Below are positions 58,610 through 64,000 of a stretch of 64,000 bases of DNA, in pieces; within the stretch, counting starts at the first letter, position 1; the number at the start of each line of letters is the position of its first letter. Position numbers and translations under genes: made by a program. A model generated the notes under the pieces. It made no database searches. It was given only the letters and a program-made list of their open reading frames with translations, and was not told the origin of the DNA. This stretch comes from Alphaproteobacteria bacterium UBA3760. Lineage in GTDB: Bacteria > Pseudomonadota > Alphaproteobacteria > Rs-D84. Location of the stretch: NCBI GenBank assembly GCA_002371155.1, contig DFGC01000005.1:20024-84023 (forward strand). Reading direction: 5' to 3'.

Positions 58610-59686
58610 ATGGCAAAAAAAGAAAAAGATGCTGGGGTCGCGACATCAAAGAATCCTGCGTTGGAATCTGCGTTGGCACAAATCCAAAAACAATTCGGTA
58701 AAGAGGCCATTATGAAAATGGGCGATGGGTCGCAACAAAATATCGAAGCGATATCGTCTGGTTCATTGGGGTTGGATATTGCGTTGGGTGTTGGTGGTTA
58801 TCCGCGTGGCAGAATTGTTGAAATTTATGGCCCGGAAAGTTCGGGTAAAACAACACTGGCGTTGCATGCCGTGGCCGAGGCGCAAAAAAAGGGTGGCACA
58901 TGCGCGTATATTGATGCGGAAAATGCGCTGGACCCCAGTTATGCAAAAAAATTGGGCTGTAATGTTTCGGAACTGATTATTTCACAACCTGATTCCGGGG
59001 AACAGGCATTGGAAATCGCAGATACACTGATTAAATCGGGGGCGGTTGATGTCGTTGTGGTCGATTCGGTCGCGGCATTGGTGCCCAAGGCTGAATTAGA
59101 GGGTAATATCGGCGATTCGTTCGTTGGAACAACGGCGCGTTTGATGTCGCAATCACTTAAAAAATTGGCTGGGTCGGTGTCGCGCAGTAATACATTGCTG
59201 ATTTTCATAAATCAAATTCGTATGAAAATTGGTGTTATGTTCGGCAATCCGGAGACAACATCGGGTGGTAATGCGTTGAAATTTTACGCGTCTGTGCGTT
59301 TGGATATTCGCAGAACGGGCGCAATCAAAGATAAAGAAAATGTTATCGGAAACGAAACGCGCGTTAAAATTGTGAAAAATAAAGTCGCGCCACCTTTTCG
59401 GACGGTCGATTTCAAAATTATGTATGGCGAGGGTATTTCCCGTATATCTGAAATTCTGGATATGGGTGTAAAATACAATATTATCGAAAAGGCTGGGTCG
59501 TTTTATTCGTATAATAATGAACGATTGGGGCAAGGCGAGGCCAATGCGCGTCAATGGCTGCGCGACCACCCAGATGTGCAACAAGAATTGCTGGATAAAA
59601 TTATGTCGCGTGCGTCGGGTATTGCCGAAGAAATGACCACAGGCCCCAGCGACGAAGATGATGTTGTTGCGGGGGATGATGAATAA
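58610..59686 (+). CDS. recA: recombinase A
   Basis: [19 protein letters not shown], Walker [10 protein letters not shown] and L1/L2 loops. The start is taken at MAKKEKD with an RBS (AAAGGGGAAA). Confidence 0.95.
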   Translation: MAKKEKDAGVATSKNPALESALAQIQKQFGKEAIMKMGDGSQQNIEAISSGSLGLDIALGVGGYPRGRIVEIYGPESSGKTTLALHAVAEAQKKGGTCAYIDAENALDPSYAKKLGCNVSELIISQPDSGEQALEIADTLIKSGAVDVVVVDSVAALVPKAELEGNIGDSFVGTTARLMSQSLKKLAGSVSRSNTLLIFINQIRMKIGVMFGNPETTSGGNALKFYASVRLDIRRTGAIKDKENVIGNETRVKIVKNKVAPPFRTVDFKIMYGEGISRISEILDMGVKYNIIEKAGSFYSYNNERLGQGEANARQWLRDHPDVQQELLDKIMSRASGIAEEMTTGPSDEDDVVAGDDE

Positions 59687-59744
59687 AAATTATATCGGGC
59701 GGCGCGAAAGTGTCGCCTGATTTTAACCGTAAAAGGGGGCGGAA

Positions 59745-60653
59745 ATGAATTTTGCAAGGTTTATCGCAACATCTAAATTGATTTTGTTTGGGCATATTTT
59801 GAATTGGCATTTTTTTGACCGTGTTGCGCGTCGTCGTGTGCGGACGGATGCAACGGCGAAAATTGTATCGCAATATTTCAAACGGTATTTGCCGGCGGTC
59901 GCGTCTGTGCCGGAAACAGATGTTATTCATGATGATAAAAATGATAAAATTTGGACATTGTGGTTGCAGGGCGAAGATAAAGCCCCCGCATTGGTTCGGG
60001 CATGTTTCCGCAGTGTGCGTCGCCATTGCAAACAAGAATTGGTTGTGTTGGATGCAAATACGGTTTTTGATTATATATCGTTGCCAGATGAAATAGTCCA
60101 AAAATATAAAGATGGTAAAATTGGGCATGCGCATTTTGCAGATATTTGTCGTGTGGAATTGCTGTATCGGTATGGTGGATATTGGCTGGATTCGACCGGG
60201 TTTGTGACCGCACCAATTCCCGATTGGATAGAGGCCCAAGATTATTTTATGTATTTAACCGGCGATAATTATAATATCGGGGGCAGTCCGTATAGTTTCT
60301 GTCAAAACTGTTTTATACGCGCGCGTCGTGGTGCGTTTTTGTTGGCGGCGTGGCGAGCCATGATTTTGGATTATTGGAAAAAAGAAAATCATACTTTTGA
60401 TTATTTTATGCACCAATTATTATTCAAAACTTTGGTGGAAAATGACGCGCGTGCAAAAAAATATTTTGCAAAAATGCCTCATGTCGCCCAAGACCCAACA
60501 CATGCGTTGTGGTGGACATATCAAAATCAACCGTTTAATCAAAAAATTTTTGATGATGTGACCAGTGGCGCGTTTTTCCAAAAAACAACATATCGTGGGT
60601 CGGATAATCCGGTGCCGGGGTCTTTTGCGGATGTGATGATAAATAAAATGTAG
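59745..60653 (+). CDS. capsular-polysaccharide-synthesis-family (GT32-like) glycosyltransferase
   Basis: WLQGEDKAP...HFADICRVELLYRYGGYWLDST pattern of the Caps_synth / mannosyltransferase-like family. Confidence 0.45.
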   Translation: MNFARFIATSKLILFGHILNWHFFDRVARRRVRTDATAKIVSQYFKRYLPAVASVPETDVIHDDKNDKIWTLWLQGEDKAPALVRACFRSVRRHCKQELVVLDANTVFDYISLPDEIVQKYKDGKIGHAHFADICRVELLYRYGGYWLDSTGFVTAPIPDWIEAQDYFMYLTGDNYNIGGSPYSFCQNCFIRARRGAFLLAAWRAMILDYWKKENHTFDYFMHQLLFKTLVENDARAKKYFAKMPHVAQDPTHALWWTYQNQPFNQKIFDDVTSGAFFQKTTYRGSDNPVPGSFADVMINKM

Positions 60654-60662
60654 GAGATTTTT

Positions 60663-61688
60663 ATGCCAAATAAAAAACCAAAGATTTCTATTATTATTCC
60701 AATTTATGGTGTTGAAAAATATTTGCGTCGGTGTTTGGATTCTGTAATCGCGCAAACATTTACTGATTGGCAGGCGGTTTTGGTTGATGATGGCAGTCCA
60801 GATAAATCTGGGGAAATTGCGGATGATTATGCGGCGCGCGATTCGCGTTTTGTTGTTGTGCATAAAGAAAATGGTGGATTATCTGATGCGCGAAATGCGG
60901 GTATGCCATTTGCCACGGGTGAATATATTATGTATCTGGACAGTGATGATTTTATTCATCCGCAAACAATGGAAATTGCGTATTCGTTGGCGTGTCAGAA
61001 TGATTCGGATATTGTGTCGTTCACGTACGATCGGTTTTATCGTCCACAATTGATGGTGTATCACAAATTGGGCTTTGATACAGATAATGTTGTGCCACGG
61101 GGAATTAAAAAAAGATATGATATAAAAAAAATAAAATCTAAAACAATCAGTGATGTTTATGAATATGCCACCGACAGTGCGCATAACGCATTTCGCAAAA
61201 ATCGTAAATGGTTGATTAAACATTGCCAGGTTTGGAAAAATATGTATCGGCGGTCGCTGATTGCGGATATTCCATTTATCAAGGGAATTTTGTTCGAAGA
61301 TTTTCCGTGGTGGTCGCGTGTTATGTTGCGAAATCCGCGTGTCACAATCGCGCCGTTGCCATTGTATTATTATATACCGAATTTTGGTGGAATTGTTTTG
61401 TCTGCGAAACAGTTGCGTATTATGCAAAGTTTAATTGCGGGTATCAAAGATTCGTTTGTTTTATATAATGACCAGGCGTCTGCGCATCAAATGAAATTAT
61501 GGTCGGAAAATTTTTTATGGTTTTTTATGAATTGGGCGTTTCGTAAAATTAAATATCTGAAAACAGATGAAGAATTGAAAATTGCAAAACAAGAATTTAC
61601 GGATTTGTATGAATTGGGTGTGTTTCGGTCTGTGCCGAAAAATCGGCGTAAATTGGCAATGAAAATATTGGATTTTATCGGGAAATAG
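60663..61688 (+). CDS. family 2 glycosyltransferase
   Basis: ISIIIPIYGVEKYL...DDGSPD...YLDSDD: the GT-A fold DXD and N-terminal motifs. Confidence 0.7.
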   Translation: MPNKKPKISIIIPIYGVEKYLRRCLDSVIAQTFTDWQAVLVDDGSPDKSGEIADDYAARDSRFVVVHKENGGLSDARNAGMPFATGEYIMYLDSDDFIHPQTMEIAYSLACQNDSDIVSFTYDRFYRPQLMVYHKLGFDTDNVVPRGIKKRYDIKKIKSKTISDVYEYATDSAHNAFRKNRKWLIKHCQVWKNMYRRSLIADIPFIKGILFEDFPWWSRVMLRNPRVTIAPLPLYYYIPNFGGIVLSAKQLRIMQSLIAGIKDSFVLYNDQASAHQMKLWSENFLWFFMNWAFRKIKYLKTDEELKIAKQEFTDLYELGVFRSVPKNRRKLAMKILDFIGK

Positions 61689-61692
61689 TGGT

Positions 61693-62814
61693 ATGAAAAA
61701 AATTGCTTTTTGTTTGCGCGATATGCAGTTGGGCGGTGTGGAATCTGTATTGTGTCGAACATTGGAATATTTGTCGAATGATAAAAATTTTGATATAACC
61801 GTTGTTTGTTTTGTTGATGTGTCGGAACCGGTGTATTGTGATTGGTTTCGTGCGCATCCAAATATAAAACGAATCGTTTTATATCCATCAAAAAATTTTG
61901 GAACAAAAATGCCGCGATTTTTTCTGTGGCGTGTTGTAAAACATTTTTGTCGTGATGTATATCGTTTCGTGCGGCGGTATTTCGTTGTGCATCATTTGGC
62001 AAGTTTTGATACGATTATTGATTGGCATGATTTTGGTTTTGCCAAAGAGTTCAAGAAAATAAAAAATGTTAAAAAAATTGCGTGGTTTCACAGTTCGATT
62101 TCTGTGTTCCAAAAACGCAATTTTTCCCAGAATCTATGCGTATACGACAAAATTGTTGTTTTGACTGATGATTGTGTAAATTTTTTAAGAAAACAAAATC
62201 CGAATTATGCGGATAAATTTATTCGTGTTTATAATCCAATTGATGTTTTGCGTATTCGTGATATGGCAATTGGTGGGGCGATTGTTGATGGGGATTATTT
62301 TTGCTGTGTTTCACGAATGGCGTATGATAAAGATATAAAAACCGTGTTGGATGCGTTTGATTTGTTTTATAAAAATCATAAAAATGTAAAAATGGTTTTT
62401 GTTGGTGGTGGTGATAAATTATCTGTGTTCCAAAAATATGCGAATAAATTAAAATCTGCACAAAATATATTATTTGTTGGGGCGCAGAAAAATCCGTATG
62501 TTTATATGGCGTATGCGGTGGCAAATGTTTTGTCCAGTTATGGTGAAGGATTGCCAACGGTTTTATTAGAGGCGCAGGTTTTGGGTGTGTTAAACATTTC
62601 GTCAAATTGCAAATGCGGGCCGCGTGAAATTTTGATGGACGGTACGGTGGGAATGTTGTTTCAACCGGGTGATGCGGTTGAATTGGCAAAATGCATGGCG
62701 GATGTGTATGATAAAAATGTTGATGTCGATACAATGCGTGATACAGCGACGCGTGGATTGGTGCGATTCGATTCGGATATAATTATGAATCAAATTAAAT
62801 CCCTGATTTCTTAA
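61693..62814 (+). CDS. family 4 (GT-B) glycosyltransferase
   Basis: C-terminal EGLPTVLLEAQVLG (the EX7E region) of the GT4/GT1 group. Confidence 0.6.
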   Translation: MKKIAFCLRDMQLGGVESVLCRTLEYLSNDKNFDITVVCFVDVSEPVYCDWFRAHPNIKRIVLYPSKNFGTKMPRFFLWRVVKHFCRDVYRFVRRYFVVHHLASFDTIIDWHDFGFAKEFKKIKNVKKIAWFHSSISVFQKRNFSQNLCVYDKIVVLTDDCVNFLRKQNPNYADKFIRVYNPIDVLRIRDMAIGGAIVDGDYFCCVSRMAYDKDIKTVLDAFDLFYKNHKNVKMVFVGGGDKLSVFQKYANKLKSAQNILFVGAQKNPYVYMAYAVANVLSSYGEGLPTVLLEAQVLGVLNISSNCKCGPREILMDGTVGMLFQPGDAVELAKCMADVYDKNVDVDTMRDTATRGLVRFDSDIIMNQIKSLIS

Positions 62815-63631
62815 ATCGTGGTGGTATTTTGACAACGCGTTTTAATCCCAACATACCCGGTTTATCCAATGCGTAAATTGGACGGAAAATTTGTTGCATA
62901 TTGCGTGCAATGCGCAGCCATTTTTCGGTGTGCGGGACAGAATTGCTGACCGCATTTATTGTGCCATTGCCGCGTCGACGCAGGTGGTTTAACCAATCGG
63001 CACCACGGGCGGCAGCTTTTGTTTCCAGCATTTTCAAATCGATTGCGCCAAAATGTAATAAATACAAATTTTTATCAATGTGGAAATTTTTACCACGGAT
63101 ACTGTGGAAACCACTGCCCCAGGGATGCGTGGTTGTTTTTACAACCGGTTTTGTATATCGTGTGGATAACAATGCAAATTCCCGTTGTTCCAAAAATGGT
63201 GCGTTTGTGTCCAGTTCCGATTCGCAATTTATGTTTTGTCCGATATCCAATCCCAATCCCGATAGTGATGTTTTTATTTTTTTACCGGATAAATATTCGC
63301 GTAATGTTTTTTTTGTGTTTGGGTCAACGATTAAAAACTCATCCGAATCGCATCCGATAACAATGTCATATGTTTTTAATAATTCGTTTGCCAATTCTGA
63401 TAATTTTCCAATGCGGTATTTATCGCCAGCGGTGCGCGACATGTTTTTATGTTCTAATTTTGTTATGTGTGCGTTGCCGGCATTTTTTGGGGTCGTTTGG
63501 TCGGTACCGTCCAAAATTATATATAAATTTTCAGTTCCAAATTGTTTGCCGTAATATGCAATCCAACGGTTCAGGAAAAATTCATCGTCGCGTGCCATGG
63601 TTATTGCTGCAATTTTTTTTGTTTTTTTCAT
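62795..63631 (-). CDS. glycosyltransferase-like protein (GT-A-like, hypothetical)
   Basis: 278 aa with an N-terminal AAITMARDDEFFL segment and a DGTD motif. It overlaps the convergent GT4 gene by 20 nt. Confidence 0.4.
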   Translation of the reverse strand: MKKTKKIAAITMARDDEFFLNRWIAYYGKQFGTENLYIILDGTDQTTPKNAGNAHITKLEHKNMSRTAGDKYRIGKLSELANELLKTYDIVIGCDSDEFLIVDPNTKKTLREYLSGKKIKTSLSGLGLDIGQNINCESELDTNAPFLEQREFALLSTRYTKPVVKTTTHPWGSGFHSIRGKNFHIDKNLYLLHFGAIDLKMLETKAAARGADWLNHLRRRGNGTINAVSNSVPHTEKWLRIARNMQQIFRPIYALDKPGMLGLKRVVKIPPRFKKSGI

Positions 63632-63948
63632 TGTTTTGTTCCCTGTATTTTTTTAATCGCATATTTAATTCCGCGGGTTATTTCACTGAATGGATTTGAT
63701 GTCAAAAGCCATGATATGTATTTCGCGCTATACGCATGATTTGCAGCACATAGAACGATTTTTGCCGTCGCGTTATCACAGTGTTTTAATACATAATTTA
63801 ATTGGTATCCGATTGCGCCATTGTGTCGTGTAAATGACATCTTTTTGATAAATGGACATCCCATGCGGAATAATTTTTTGGGTTTGTTATAAACACTGCG
63901 TCCACGGCATACAAATGGGCAATACCATGTGCCGCCGTGTTCTTCCAA
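63628..63948 (-). CDS. nucleotide-diphospho-sugar-transferase-like protein, probably N-terminally incomplete as called
   Basis: ORF adjacent to and overlapping the GT gene, with an LCAANHAYSAKYISWL motif. The upstream in-frame region up to the window end was not resolved. Confidence 0.25.
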   Translation of the reverse strand: MEEHGGTWYCPFVCRGRSVYNKPKKLFRMGCPFIKKMSFTRHNGAIGYQLNYVLKHCDNATAKIVLCAANHAYSAKYISWLLTSNPFSEITRGIKYAIKKIQGTKQ

Positions 63949-64000
63949 TATATCGGTAAATTTATTTTCGTATAATACCGTGATTAAATATTTGTGCGGT

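Overview
Dense chromosomal segment of a moderately AT-rich (~40% GC) Gram-negative bacterium. The lineage is most likely proteobacterial, and the AddB-type recombination gene, secB, a DciA-like gene and yebC-ruvC fit an alphaproteobacterial symbiont or pathogen, but the taxon is inferred from the sequence alone. Housekeeping genes recognised from motifs include lpxK, lpxC, gyrB, ung, aspS, uvrB, tsaE, lolCD, rsmI, engB, xthA, mnmE, ruvA, yebC, ruvC, mltA, secB, recA and the tRNAs fMet, Met, Gly(UCC) and Tyr(GUA). Accessory content worth attention: (i) the 3' end of a VirB4/TrbE-type type IV secretion ATPase gene, translationally coupled to two tandem secreted HExxH paralogs and a YjbR-family gene. 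(ii) A four-gene type IVb pilus-like module with the gene order and sizes of plasmid R64 thin-pilus pilO-pilP-pilQ-pilR. It sits between lpxC and gyrB without pilin, prepilin peptidase or secretin; a secretin-like lipoprotein lies 19 kb away. (iii) An ftsQ-ftsA remnant of the division cluster in which ftsA runs in frame into ribulose-phosphate 3-epimerase, with no ftsZ. (iv) Three tandem adenylate-forming (acyl-CoA ligase-like) paralogs with evidence of gene conversion. (v) A tRNA-Gly/tRNA-Tyr locus followed by three direct copies of the tRNA-Tyr 3' end plus nested inverted repeats. (vi) An AT-rich islet carrying a RhuM-family gene, a tRNA-Thr-like gene with an aberrant T-loop and a large orphan lysine-rich membrane protein behind a consensus sigma70 promoter. 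(vii) A T-box-like GGGTGGCACCGCG core and four GGTGCCA repeats in the aspS leader. (viii) Two short repeat families, a 103-bp tandem palindromic repeat and a roughly 100-nt sRNA-like element with its own terminator. (ix) A glycosyltransferase cluster at the 3' end. No IS elements, CRISPR arrays or rRNA genes were seen. All coordinates are from manual reading; no database searches were possible.
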